Shown here one piece after another: positions 36,266 to 46,210 of a stretch of DNA of 64,000 nucleotides. Made by a program: the position numbers and the translations under genes. This stretch comes from an uncultured Actinomycetes bacterium. Its GTDB lineage: Bacteria; Actinomycetota; Thermoleophilia; Gaiellales; JAICJC01. The stretch lies in NCBI GenBank assembly GCA_963707585.1, contig CAVPQP010000003.1, positions 334,511 through 398,510 on the forward strand, given 5' to 3'. A model generated the notes under the pieces. That model was not told the origin of the DNA and did not search any database. It was given only the letters and a program-made list of their open reading frames with translations. Positions within the stretch are counted from its first letter, which is position 1, and each line of letters starts with the position of its first letter.

Positions 36266-38674
36266 CGGCGGCAGCGTGTCCGTCTCGCCCGGCGCGTCGA
36301 CCGCGGGCGGCGCAGCCTGCGGCGGGTGGGCGTACGGCGAGAGCCCGCCCCAGGCCATCAGGCGGATCCCGGCGATCGCCGTCACGATGATGATGAAGGC
36401 GTCGAACAGGTCGGGCCGGGCGAGGGCGAAGAAGTCGCGGGCCGGCTCGGCACTGAGCGTGCCCAGATACGCCGCCGAGAGCGCTCCCACGAGCGCGACG
36501 ATGCCGACGGCGTAGCTGCGGCTGGCCGACATGCGCTCGGCGTCGAGCACGAGCAGCAGGTACAGCCCGAGCGCGACGAACACGGTGACGGCGGCCGTGC
36601 GGGCGTCGGTGATCGACCGCACGCGCACCGCCCGCTCGAGCAGGTAGGCGGCGAGCACGGCGGCCGCGATCACCGCCCCAGCCGGGATCGAGAACCTGGC
36701 CACACGGCGCAGGAACGACGTCGAGTCGGGGCGCTCGTTGGACGGGATCAGGGCGATCACGAACCCGGGGATGCCGACGGTGACCGTGGCCGCCAGCGTC
36801 AGGTGGCGGGGTAGCAGCGGGAAGCCTGCCGTCGTCAGGCCGAACATGAGGATCACGAAGGCGGCGAAGACGGTCTTCGTGACGAACAGCTTCGCGACCC
36901 GCTGGATGTTCAGGATGATCTGGCGGCCCTCGCGGATCGCGGCGGGCACGGCGGCGAAGCTGTCGGTGACGAGCACGCTGTCGGCGACGCTCTTGGCCAT
37001 CTGGGCGCCGCTTCCGAGCGCGATCGCCAGGCGCGAGCCCTTCATCGCGGGCACGTCGTTCACGCCGTCGCCGATCATCGCGACGTAGAGGCCGGCGCCT
37101 GACAGGGCCTCGATCAGCGTACGCTTGTGCTGCGGGGACAGGCGCGCGAACACCGTCGAGGAGCGCGCCGCCTGGGTGAGCTCGGGGCCCGGCCCGGGCA
37201 GGTCGGCGCCGTCGATCGGCGGCCCCTCGACGACGATGCCGGCCCGCTCTGCGACCGCGGCCACGGTCGCGGGGGAGTCGCCCGACATCACCTTGACCGC
37301 GACGCCCTGGTCGCGCAGGTAGGCGACCGTGTCGGCCGCCTCCGGCCGCACGTGCTCCTCGAGCGCGATCACGGCGACCGGCTCGATCGCGGGCGGCGCC
37401 GCCCCGTCCTGCCCCGGGGCCTCGAGCTCGGCGGGCGTGCGCCCGAGCACGAGCGTGCGCCGGCCGGCCCGCTCGTGCTCGGCGACGAGCGCGGGCGCAC
37501 CGTCGCCGAGCAGGACGTCGGGGGCGCCGAGCACGAGGGTGTGCTCGTCGCCTTCGAGCCGGCATGCGCTCCACTTCCAGCGCGACGAGAAGGGCACCTC
37601 CGAGCGCGCCGGCCGGGCCGTGCCCGGGAGCGCGGCCGCGATCGCGTCGACCGTGTCGTTGCGTGACGTCGTGCTTGCGGCGAAGTCGCGGACGTCGCGC
37701 TCGGCGGCCGCCGCGTCGGCGCCGCCGGCCGGGGTCACGCCGTGGAGCGCGAGGGTGCCGTCGGTCAGCGTCCCGGTCTTGTCCATGCACACGGTGTCGA
37801 CGTTCGCGAGCGACTCGACGGCGTTGAACGCCTGCACGAGCATGCCGCGGCTCGAGAGCCGCACCGCCGCGACCGCGAATGTGAGGCTCGTGAGCAGCAC
37901 GAGCCCCTCCGGCACGAGCGTGACGATCCCGGCGGTGGCCGTGGCGGCCGAGGAGCGAAACGGCTGGTGGTGGCGGATGAGCACCCAGATGAACGCCGCG
38001 CCGAGCGGCAGCATCACGGCCACCGTCACGAGCAGCAGGCGGTTGATCTGGTGCTCGAGGGGCGAGCGCTGGTAGCGGAACTCGCGGGCCTCGCCGACGA
38101 CCTGCGAGGCGTAGCTGGCCCCGCCGGTGCGGCTCACGAGGTAGCGGCCGCCGCCCTCGACGCAGAACGAGCCCGACAGGATCTCGTCCCCGACCCCCTT
38201 GGCGACCGGGTCGGGACTCGCCGGTGAGCTGGGACTCGTCCAGCATCAGGGCCGAGCTGCTCGACCACGGTGCCGTCGGCGACGACCTGGTCGCCGGGAC
38301 GCAGCGCGACGACGTCGCCGTCGACCACCTCGCCGGCCGGGACGGTCTGCTCGCTGCCGTCGCGGACTGCGCGCGCATGCGGGGCGACCAGGAGCGCGAG
38401 CCGGTCGAGCGCCCGCTTGGCGCGGACGTCCTGGAGGATGCCGATGCCCGTGTTGGCGACGATCACGACGCCGAACAGGCCGTCGGCGGGCCGGCCCGCG
38501 GCGATGATCACCGACCCAGAACGCGCCCAGGATGAGGTTGAAGAGCGTCAGCGTGTTGGAGCGCACGATGCTCGCGTACGACCGGCTCGTGCCGGGCGCC
38601 TCGGGCGGCGGTGAGGCCTCCAGGCGACGGCGAGCCTCGACCTGGGTGAGGCCGGTGAGCCTGGCTTCGGTCAC
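36257..38674 (-). CDS. P-type ATPase, CtpE-like; frameshifted 5' part
   Basis: DESQLTGES, LVPEGL, CMDKTGTLT, VMSGD, MIGDGVNDVPA, FVTKTV. Confidence 0.9.
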
Positions 38675-38723
38675 CCTCCCGAGTCTAGAAGGCGTTGCCT
38701 TGCCAGGCTCCCCGTTCTGAGGT

Positions 38724-38786
38724 ACTTGATTCCGCAATACTTGACTGCTCACACTCTTCCTGGTAGAGTTCTTTGCGTAGTCAAGT
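38724..38786 (+). promoter_or_regulatory. SigA promoter of yceI overlapped by three ACTTGA-N4-TCAAGT-like operators
   Basis: -35 TTGACT 38741-38746, 17 nt, TGn-TAGAGT 38764-38769; ACTTGATTCCGCAA (38724) and TTGCGTAGTCAAGT (38773) are 12/14 inverted repeats. Confidence 0.7.
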
Positions 38787-38813
38787 TTTCCCACGAAGCG
38801 GAGGATCCCTCAG

Positions 38814-39366
38814 ATGAGCACACTCGAATCGACCGCGACCGGCACGCTCCCCGCGGGGACGTGGCAGCTGGATCCGGTCCACTCGCAGGTCGGCTTTGCG
38901 GTCAAGTACATGGTCGGCACGTTCCGGGGCAGCTTCTCGCCCGTCGCGGCCACCCTGGCGGTCGCCGAGGACGGCAGCGCCGCCCTCACCGGCTCGGCCC
39001 GCGCCGAGAGCGTCAAGGTGCAGGAGCCGAACCTGGTCGCCCACCTGCTCTCTCCCGACTTCTTCGACGCCGAGCGCGCGCCCGAGCTGCGCTTCGGCTC
39101 GACCGACATCAGCGTCTCGGGCGACCACGTCGTCGTCACCGGCGACCTGACCGTCAAGGGCAGCACCCGGCCCGTCACCCTCGCGGGCGACGTCACCGAG
39201 GCCGATCACCGACCCCTACGGGCGCGAGCGCATCGGCATCACGCTCTCCGGCACGATCGACCGCACCGAGTTCGGCATGACGTGGAACAACCCGCTTCCG
39301 AGCGGCAAGTCCGCGCTCGCGAACGAGGTCAGCCTGTCCGCCGAGCTCTACCTGGTGAAGGAGTAA
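38814..39366 (+). CDS. YceI family protein; frameshift near 39200
   Basis: GTWQLDPVHSQVGFAVKY, TFRGSF, HLLSPDFFDAE, GDLTVKG, IDRTEFG. Confidence 0.88.
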
Positions 39367-39374
39367 CGGTCGCG

Positions 39375-39935
39375 ATGAAGGTGCTCGGCGTCTCGGGAAG
39401 CCTGCGGGCGGACTCGTACAACTCCCTGCTCCTGCGCGGCGCGGCCGACCTCATGCCGGCCGGAGTCGAGCTCGAGCTGTGGAACGGCCTGCGGGACGTG
39501 CCGCCCTACGACGAGGACGATGACGTCGAGCCGTGCCCTCCGGCGGTCGCCGCGCTCCGCGCGGCGCTCGCCGGGGCGGACGCGGTGCTCTTCGCGACGC
39601 CCGAGTACAACTCGTCCCTCCCGGGCCAGCTCAAGAACGCTCTCGACTGGGCGTCGCGCCCGCTCGCGAGCAACGTCCTTCGCAACGTGCCGGTCGCGGT
39701 GGTCGGCGCGAGCACGGGCGCGTTCGGCGCGGTGTGGGCGCAGGCCGAGCTGCGCAAGGTGCTCGCCGCGACGGGCGCCCGCGTCGTCGAGGGCGAGGTG
39801 GCCGTCGGCCACGCGCACGACAAGCTCGCCGCCGACGGCGGGCTCATGGACGAGAACCTGCGCGAGCAGCTCGGCGAGGTCGTCGACGGGCTCCTCGAGT
39901 CCGCGCGCCTGCGCACCCAGGCCGTCGCTGCCTGA
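39375..39935 (+). CDS. NADPH-dependent FMN reductase (ChrR-like)
   Basis: GVSGSLRADSYN, ATPEYNSSLPGQLKNALDW, GASTGAFG. Confidence 0.92.
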   Translation: MKVLGVSGSLRADSYNSLLLRGAADLMPAGVELELWNGLRDVPPYDEDDDVEPCPPAVAALRAALAGADAVLFATPEYNSSLPGQLKNALDWASRPLASNVLRNVPVAVVGASTGAFGAVWAQAELRKVLAATGARVVEGEVAVGHAHDKLAADGGLMDENLREQLGEVVDGLLESARLRTQAVAA

Positions 39936-39953
39936 CGCCGCGGAGGGCGGGGC

Positions 39954-40208
39954 CTAGTCGTGTGGCCCGCGACCGCCGGGCGAGCGCCGCGGCTGTGCCC
40001 GGGTCGTGCCCGCCTGCGGAGGCGGCACCGGCTCCTGCTTGCCGCAGTGCTCGCAGCGCCGGTACCACAGCCGGCCCTCGTCGCAGAGCGACTCGATCAC
40101 CCATCGGTGGCGGCACGCACGCTGGACCGCAATCCGGTCTTCGCGCCTGGCCCCGTACCAGAGCAGGAGCAGGGCGACGCACAGGATGACTCCGACCACG
40201 TTCGACAT
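39954..40208 (-). CDS. Small membrane-anchored protein with a CxH...CxxC zinc-finger-like motif
   Basis: N-terminal TM, then ACRHRW...RRCEHCG; SigB/F-like promoter upstream. Confidence 0.6.
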   Translation of the reverse strand: MSNVVGVILCVALLLLWYGARREDRIAVQRACRHRWVIESLCDEGRLWYRRCEHCGKQEPVPPPQAGTTRAQPRRSPGGRGPHD

Positions 40209-40221
40209 GCCGGGACGTCGC

Positions 40222-40247
40222 CTACCCCGCCGCCGCGGTGTCGAAAC
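40222..40247 (-). promoter_or_regulatory. SigB/SigF-type promoter
   Basis: Minus strand GTTT-N16-GGGTAG, 13 nt before ATG 40208. Confidence 0.6.
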
Positions 40248-40265
40248 ACCCCGCCCGGAGAGCGG

Positions 40266-40613
40266 TCAGGGCAGGAGGTGGACCGTGCGGCTGATCATGG
40301 TCATGTCCAGGATGCGCCTGATCGACGGCGATCCGCACACGAGCTCGAAGCGGCCGCCGCGCTCGGCCATCCGCTGCGCCGAGGCGAGGATCACGCCGAG
40401 CGCCGTCGAGTCGAGGAACGTGACCGAGGCCGCATCCACTCGCAGCACCGAGCAGCGCTCGGCCTCGGCGGCGTCGAGCGCCTCGCGCAGCGAGTCGGCG
40501 GAGTTGATGTCGAGCTCGCCGTCGACGCGCACGACCGTCGCGGTCTCTTCGATGGTGTCCCGCGTGAATCGAGCCGACGTCGCCCTCGGCGCGCTGCTAC
40601 TGGCGTCTTCCAT
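40266..40613 (-). CDS. STAS anti-anti-sigma factor (RsbV-like)
   Basis: VRVDGELDI, VTFLDSTALG (phospho-Ser site), IRRILDMT. Confidence 0.88.
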   Translation of the reverse strand: MEDASSSAPRATSARFTRDTIEETATVVRVDGELDINSADSLREALDAAEAERCSVLRVDAASVTFLDSTALGVILASAQRMAERGGRFELVCGSPSIRRILDMTMISRTVHLLP

Positions 40614-40782
40614 TGCCAACACCTTACCCCGCCGGCGACTTCGCCCACCAAACGAAGCGGCCCTGCACGCGTTGCCTTGAGACACGACGGTATCACAGCC
40701 GGGGCCGATGTTTGAGAGCACGAGCGAAGCACACACTCCTCCAGAAGACCGCACATGATCTCCGGAGGGAGAGCCACACAGC

Positions 40783-41550
40783 ATGCAATCGCTTCCACAT
40801 CGCACGGATATCGACCTGATCGCCGCCCATCGCCGCACGAGCGACGCTGCGTCGCGCGAGCAGCTGGTGATGCGCCACGCGGGGCTCGTGCGCTCGATCG
40901 CGCGCCGCTACCACGGCCGCGGCCTCGCGCCGGATGACATCGAGCAGACCGGCTACCTGGGCCTGATCCAGGCCATCGACCGCTACGACCCGTCGCGGGG
41001 CGTGCCGCTGCGCGCCTATGCGGCCCGGACGATCGAGGGCGAGATCATGCATCTCTTCCGCGACCGCGGCTGGGCGGTGCGCGTGCCGCGCTCGCTGCAG
41101 GAGCTGAGCCGGCGGGTGGCCGCCGTGCGCGAGCGGATCGGGCACCAGCTCGGCCGTTCGCCGTCGCTCGAGGAGCTCGCCGAGGCCGTCGGCGAGAGCG
41201 AGGAGCGCGTTGCCGAGGCGATCGCCGCCGGCCGCGCGTACACCGCCGAGCCGCTGGTCGAGCCCGACTCCGCACCGGAGTCCGGCACGGCCGAGGGCGT
41301 GCCGGCCGGGCGCGTGCTTGCCTCCGACGAGTCCGGGTTCACGGCCGTCGAGGACCGCGACCTGCTCGAGCGGGCGATGCGGGCGCTCCCCGACCGCGAG
41401 CGGCGCATCGTCGGCCTGCGCGTGTACCACGACCTCACCCAGGCCGAGATCGCGGCCCGTACGGGCATCAGCCAGATGCACGTGTCGCGGCTCCTGCGCG
41501 CGTCGCTCGACGCGATCGAGCAGGAGATCGACCGGGCGGCGGTCGCCTAG
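40783..41550 (+). CDS. SigB/SigF/SigG family sigma factor
   Basis: DDIEQTGYLGLIQAIDRYDP, IEGEIMHLFRDRGWAVRVPR, TQAEIAARTGISQMHVSRLL; GGAGG RBS. Confidence 0.93.
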   Translation: MQSLPHRTDIDLIAAHRRTSDAASREQLVMRHAGLVRSIARRYHGRGLAPDDIEQTGYLGLIQAIDRYDPSRGVPLRAYAARTIEGEIMHLFRDRGWAVRVPRSLQELSRRVAAVRERIGHQLGRSPSLEELAEAVGESEERVAEAIAAGRAYTAEPLVEPDSAPESGTAEGVPAGRVLASDESGFTAVEDRDLLERAMRALPDRERRIVGLRVYHDLTQAEIAARTGISQMHVSRLLRASLDAIEQEIDRAAVA

Positions 41551-41556
41551 CGGCGG

Positions 41557-41920
41557 TCAGGCGTTCTGCGGGGCGGCGGCGCCGGCGATCGCAGCGGCGC
41601 GCGTCGGCGCCGTCTGCAGCCGCTGCTCGATGCCCGTGAGCTCGAGCAGCCGGCGCACGCCGTGCCCGGTGCTCTCGCCGAGCGCGATGCTGAACCCGAT
41701 CCCGCGCTCGTCGGCCTGCTCGCGGGCGCAGATCAGCACGCGCAGGACGGTCGAGTCGATGAACGTCGTCTGCAGCAGGTCGACGGCGACCGGGGCGCCC
41801 GAGTCGAGCGCCGCGTCGAGCCGCCGCTGCAGCTCGGGTGCGGTGGCAGAGGTCGTGCTCGCCCGTGACGGTCACGACCTCGACGCCCGCCTGGGCCCGC
41901 TCGACGACGATTGCGCTCAC
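41557..41920 (-). CDS. Second STAS anti-anti-sigma factor; frameshift near 41845
   Basis: VVTVTGEHDL, VDLLQTTFIDSTVL, VRRLLELTG. Confidence 0.82.
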
Positions 41921-41958
41921 ACGGGACAGGATAGCCTCGCTGTCGCCGGCGGCCCCGC

Positions 41959-42366
41959 TCAGGCCGCCGGTGTGCCGAGCAGGAACGTCATCCGCACGAG
42001 CGTCCCGGCGCCGCCCGGCGTATCGATCTCGAGTGCGTCGGCGATCGCCGCCATCACCGGCAGGCCGACGCCGAGGCCGGGGGAATCCACCCGCGGCGCC
42101 ATCCCGGTGCCGTGATCGCGCACGGTCACGACGAGCTCGCCTCCGGCGGCGAACGCGGCAGAGACCTCGAACTGGCCCGGTCCGTCGGCGTACGCGTGCA
42201 GGACGGCGTTCGCACATGCTTCGGTCACCGCCAGGGCGATGTCCGAGATGCGCTCGTCGGGGATGCCGGACGCCTCGAGCAGCCCCCGCAGCGCATGCCT
42301 CACGAGCGGGACGTTGTCGGCCTCAGCGGCAAGCCCCAACTCGAACCCGGACGAGCTCGGAGCCAT
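41959..42366 (-). CDS. RsbW-like anti-sigma factor/kinase (HATPase_c)
   Basis: DIALAVTEACANAVLHAY (N box), VRDHGTG (G1), GLGVGL (G2), GTLVRM. Confidence 0.9.
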   Translation of the reverse strand: MAPSSSGFELGLAAEADNVPLVRHALRGLLEASGIPDERISDIALAVTEACANAVLHAYADGPGQFEVSAAFAAGGELVVTVRDHGTGMAPRVDSPGLGVGLPVMAAIADALEIDTPGGAGTLVRMTFLLGTPAA

Positions 42367-42397
42367 CGCGGTCTGTGATACCCATCGCATCCGTGCC

Positions 42398-45079
42398 CTA
42401 CTCATTCCCCGTCAGCCGCAGGACAATCACGGCGACGTCATCGGCGGGCGGGCCGGGCTTGAACTCGAGCACCGCCCGCTCGACCCGGTCGGCGATCCCG
42501 GCGGCGCTCATCCCGGCCGACGAGCGCAGGAGCTCGAGCAGCCGCTCCTCGCCGAACATGTGCCCCTCGAGCCGCTCCTCGGTCACGCCGTCGGTGTGGA
42601 AGACGACGGCGTCGCCCGGCTCGAGCGCCACCGTCAGGTCGGACAGCTGGACGTGCTCGTAGATGCCGAGCAGCGTCCCCGGCGTGCCGGCCTCCTCGAC
42701 CGTCCCGTCGCGCCGGATCAGAAGCGGCGGCGGATGCCCGCCGCAGCAGACCGTCAGGCTGGCCCCGGCGGCGGCCGGCTCGAGCCGGCCCACCGCCACC
42801 GTGCAGAAGCGGTGCTCGGTCACCTGGCGCAGCAGCGCCTGGTTCAGCGTGCGCAGGATCGTGCGCGGCGACCGCTCGCGCACCGCGGCCGCCCGCACCG
42901 TGTGGCGGGCGATGCCCGTGAGCGCGGCCGCCGGGGCGCCCTTCCCGCACACGTCCCCGATCGCGAGGAACAGGTCGCCCTCGCCGGTCTCGAAGGCGTC
43001 GTAGAAGTCCCCGCCGACGTCGCCGCCGCCGCCGGCCGGGTGGTAGACGGCCGCGAGCTCGATCCCGGGGACGTCGGGCAGGTCGGGCGGGAGCAGGCTG
43101 CGCTGGAGCGTGCGCGCCACCTGGTCGCGATCCTGGTAGAGGCGGGCGGTGTCGATGGCCGTCGCCGCCCGCCGGGCGAGCTCGGTCGCGAACGCGACGT
43201 CGTCGTCGCCGTAGGTGCGGTCCGACTCGGCCATCACGAGCGTCAGCGTTCCGTGGGTGCGGCCGCGCGCCGTGAGCGGGACGACGATGACCGACCGCAT
43301 GCCGAGCCCGCGCAGGATCGCCCGGTGCTCGTCGTCGCCCGCCGCCCGCTCGACGAAGGCCGCCGGGACGTCGGCGTAGAGCTCGGCGCGCCCGGTGCGC
43401 AGCACGCTCGCCCCGACGGCGTCGTCGGGGTTTGCGGGATAGCGGCGCACGAGGTCGCGGGCGAGCTCCACCTTGGCGGGATCGGAGTGGGCGACCGAGA
43501 TCTGGTGCGCGCCGCTCGATTCGACGAGGTCGATCGCGCACCAGTCGGCCAGGTGCGGGACGATCAGGCGGGCGAGGTCGCCGAGCGCGGCCCGGAAGTC
43601 GAGCGACTCGCCGAGCACGTCCGACGTCCGGGCCAGCAGCTCCAGCCGCAGGCGCGCGCTCTGCTCGGCCTCGTAGGCCTGGGCGCGGTCGACCGCGAGC
43701 GCGATCCGGCCGGCGGCGAGCCCGATCAGGTCGATCTCGTCCTGCCCGACGGGGCGCGGCTGGAGCCAGTCGATCTGGAGCACGCCCACGGTCCGCGGCC
43801 CCACCCGCAGGGGCGCGGCCATCAGGGTGCGCACGCCGCGGCCGCGCAGGAGCGGCCCGGTCTCGTCGTCGCCCGGGTCGTGGATCACCACCGGCTCGCC
43901 CGCCGCGACCGGGCCGGCCACGGCGGCGTCGTCGGCGTCCACGCGCACGCCGCGGCCGGCGTCGATGCCGAGGCCGGTTGTGGCGCGCACCGCGAGGCGC
44001 TCGCCGCCCGGCTCCATCAGCATCACCGCCGCGGCATCCGAGCCGAGCTCGTGCCGCAGCAGGGCGAGGATCTCCTCGAGCAGGTCGTCCAGGTCGACGT
44101 GTGAGAGCGCCGCGTCCGACAGGCGCTGGAGCCGCTGGGCCGCGTCGGCGCGCTCGCGCGCCTCGCGCAGGAGCACGCTGTTGTCGACGGCGACGGCCGT
44201 CCGCCGCGCCAGTTCCTCCGCGACCGCGACGTCGTCGGGCGCGAACGGCGCCCGCTCGCCGCAGCCCAGGAGCAGCATCGAGCCGAGCGTGCGCCCGCGC
44301 GCGGCCAGGGGCAGGATGAGGGCGGACTTGGCGTCGATCTGGCGCACGACGTCGATGTGGCTCGGGCCGTGGAGCCGCTCACGCAGCACCTCGTCGCTCA
44401 GGTCGGTCAGGATCTCGGTGCGGCCCTCCCGCAGTGCAGCGGTCATGTGCCGGCCGGAGGGGTCGGGCGGGAATGCGCGCAGGCGCTCGGTCAGCGGCGC
44501 CCGCAGCCGGTCGGCGTCGGCGACCGCCACCCGGCGCATGCCCTCGGTCTCGTCGAGCAGGTCGATCGCGCAGACGTCTGCGAGCCATGATGCGGCGAGC
44601 CGGGCGACGCCCTGGAGGCCGACCTCGGGGTCGAGCGAGCGGGCGAGCATCTCGCTCGCCTGCAGGAGCAGCTCCAGCCGCAGCTGGGCCGGCTCGACGT
44701 CCGCCGCTCCCGTCTGCTCCACCGCGACCGAGATCGTGCCGGCAGGGTGCCCGTCGGCGTCGGTGATCGGCGCGCTGACGACGCGGACGCGCAGGCGGGT
44801 GCCGTCCTTGCGCACCGCCGGCATCTCGCCGTCCCAAACGCCGCCGCCGCGGACGCGCGCCCGCAGCTCGCCCACCACCGCCGGCTCGGCCCTGCCGCCC
44901 CCGAGATCGGCCGGCGTGTGCCCGAGCGCCTCGGCCGCCTCGTATCCGAACAGCCGCTCGGCGACGCTGTTCCAGGTCACGAACGTGCCCGCGGCGTCCG
45001 TGACGACGATCGCCACGGGCGCCCGCTCGATCAGCTCGCTGCCCGTGATCCCCGCGAGCGTGACCTCGGGGCCGCTCAT
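42398..45079 (-). CDS. PAS-GAF-GAF-GAF SpoIIE/PP2C phosphatase (RsbU/RsbP-like)
   Basis: N-terminal PAS; three GAF repeats; LQRSLLP, VGGDFYD, IGDVCGKG, GGHPPP, HTDGVTE, DDVAV. Confidence 0.92.
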   Translation of the reverse strand: MSGPEVTLAGITGSELIERAPVAIVVTDAAGTFVTWNSVAERLFGYEAAEALGHTPADLGGGRAEPAVVGELRARVRGGGVWDGEMPAVRKDGTRLRVRVVSAPITDADGHPAGTISVAVEQTGAADVEPAQLRLELLLQASEMLARSLDPEVGLQGVARLAASWLADVCAIDLLDETEGMRRVAVADADRLRAPLTERLRAFPPDPSGRHMTAALREGRTEILTDLSDEVLRERLHGPSHIDVVRQIDAKSALILPLAARGRTLGSMLLLGCGERAPFAPDDVAVAEELARRTAVAVDNSVLLREARERADAAQRLQRLSDAALSHVDLDDLLEEILALLRHELGSDAAAVMLMEPGGERLAVRATTGLGIDAGRGVRVDADDAAVAGPVAAGEPVVIHDPGDDETGPLLRGRGVRTLMAAPLRVGPRTVGVLQIDWLQPRPVGQDEIDLIGLAAGRIALAVDRAQAYEAEQSARLRLELLARTSDVLGESLDFRAALGDLARLIVPHLADWCAIDLVESSGAHQISVAHSDPAKVELARDLVRRYPANPDDAVGASVLRTGRAELYADVPAAFVERAAGDDEHRAILRGLGMRSVIVVPLTARGRTHGTLTLVMAESDRTYGDDDVAFATELARRAATAIDTARLYQDRDQVARTLQRSLLPPDLPDVPGIELAAVYHPAGGGGDVGGDFYDAFETGEGDLFLAIGDVCGKGAPAAALTGIARHTVRAAAVRERSPRTILRTLNQALLRQVTEHRFCTVAVGRLEPAAAGASLTVCCGGHPPPLLIRRDGTVEEAGTPGTLLGIYEHVQLSDLTVALEPGDAVVFHTDGVTEERLEGHMFGEERLLELLRSSAGMSAAGIADRVERAVLEFKPGPPADDVAVIVLRLTGNE

Positions 45080-45183
45080 GTCCCGCTTCCGCTCGGCGCC
45101 GATGACATGCGCCAGCCTAGTTCGCGCTCGAATGCGTGTCAATCAGGCCCGGAGCACCGCCGCGGGGCGCTAACCTCCGGCCG

Positions 45184-45513
45184 GTGGCGGCGATGAACGG
45201 CACGGTCAGCCTGCGGGTGCTTGGCACGGCGCCGGCGGCTGCGGTGGCCGAGCCGGTGCTGCTCGCGCTGGGCGCGCGGGCGGGGCTCGACGTGGCCCGG
45301 CTCGACGAGCTCGTCATGGCGCTCGAGCTCGCGGTGCGCCGGGCCGGGCGACCGCTCCTGATCGAGCTGACGCCGGTGCCGGGCAAGCTCACGGTGGCCG
45401 TGCGGCCGCTCGAGCCGAGCGGGCTCCGCGATTGCCGCGACGTGCTGCGCCGGCTCGTCGCGACGGTCGAGGTCGACGGTGACGGCGAGGGCCTCGTGAT
45501 GCGTGCCGGCTGA
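45184..45513 (+). CDS. Degenerate RsbW-like small protein
   Basis: GARAGLDVARLDELVMALE resembles the RsbW helix, but the N/G-box residues are absent; TAACCT -10 seven nt before GTG; overlaps the next sigma gene. Confidence 0.55.
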   Translation: MAAMNGTVSLRVLGTAPAAAVAEPVLLALGARAGLDVARLDELVMALELAVRRAGRPLLIELTPVPGKLTVAVRPLEPSGLRDCRDVLRRLVATVEVDGDGEGLVMRAG

Positions 45514-46210
45514 TCCGGCCGGGCTGCTCGCCGTGCGCGCGGCCGCGGGCGACGACGGCGCGAAGGCCGAGCTGGTCGGCCAGATGAGCCCGCTCGTCGG
45601 GCGACTGGCCGGACGCCTCGCGAGCGACCGCGTTCCCCGCCAGGATCTCGAGCAGGCGGGCATGGTGGGCGTGCTGGCGGCGGTGGACGGGTTCGACTCC
45701 GCCCTCGGCACGGCGTTCGAGCCGTACGCGACCCGGTTCGCGCTCGGCGAGATGCTCGCGCTCGCGCGCCAGACGGCAGCCGTCCACGTGTCGCGGACTG
45801 GCCGTGACCTGGCCGGCGCGGTCGAGGCGGCCGCCGATCAGCTGACCGCCGAGACCGGATCGGCGCCCCGGGTGCACGAGATCGCCGCGCGGGCGGGGCT
45901 CGACGAGGAGCAGGTCGTCACCGGCCTGCGGGCCCGGCGCGCGCTCGCCCCGCCGCGAGGAGGCGAGGAGGCGCTGCTCGAGGCCCACGGCGGCTACGAG
46001 GACGCGATCGAGCAGGTCGAGCGGCGGCTCGACCTGGGTGCGCGGCTGCGCGCGCTCGACCAGCGCTCGCAGGTCGTCGTCGCGCTGCGCTTCGGGCTCG
46101 AGCTGTCCCAGGCCGAGATCGGCGAACGGCTGGGCATCTCGCAGATGCACGTCTCGCGGCTGCTGCGCGCGGCGCTCGAGCAGCTGTGGGGCGACGTGCC
46201 CGCGGGCTAA
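45503..46210 (+). CDS. Second, divergent SigB/F family sigma factor
   Basis: QDLEQAGMVGVLAAVDGFD, FEPYATRFALGEM, LSQAEIGERLGISQMHVSRLL. Confidence 0.85.
   Translation: MPADPAGLLAVRAAAGDDGAKAELVGQMSPLVGRLAGRLASDRVPRQDLEQAGMVGVLAAVDGFDSALGTAFEPYATRFALGEMLALARQTAAVHVSRTGRDLAGAVEAAADQLTAETGSAPRVHEIAARAGLDEEQVVTGLRARRALAPPRGGEEALLEAHGGYEDAIEQVERRLDLGARLRALDQRSQVVVALRFGLELSQAEIGERLGISQMHVSRLLRAALEQLWGDVPAG

Noticed and set aside
38814-39935. Apparent YceI-FMN reductase fusion (likewise PcaG-PcaB, PcaC-PcaF and PobA-hypothetical in the ORF track)
   Set aside because: Frameshift artefacts: each gene has its own stop and start (e.g. TAA 39364-66 and ATG 39375).
40624-40653. SigB-type promoter GTTT...GGGTAA before the first STAS gene
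   Set aside because: The 20-nt spacer is longer than expected, so it is plausible but not called.
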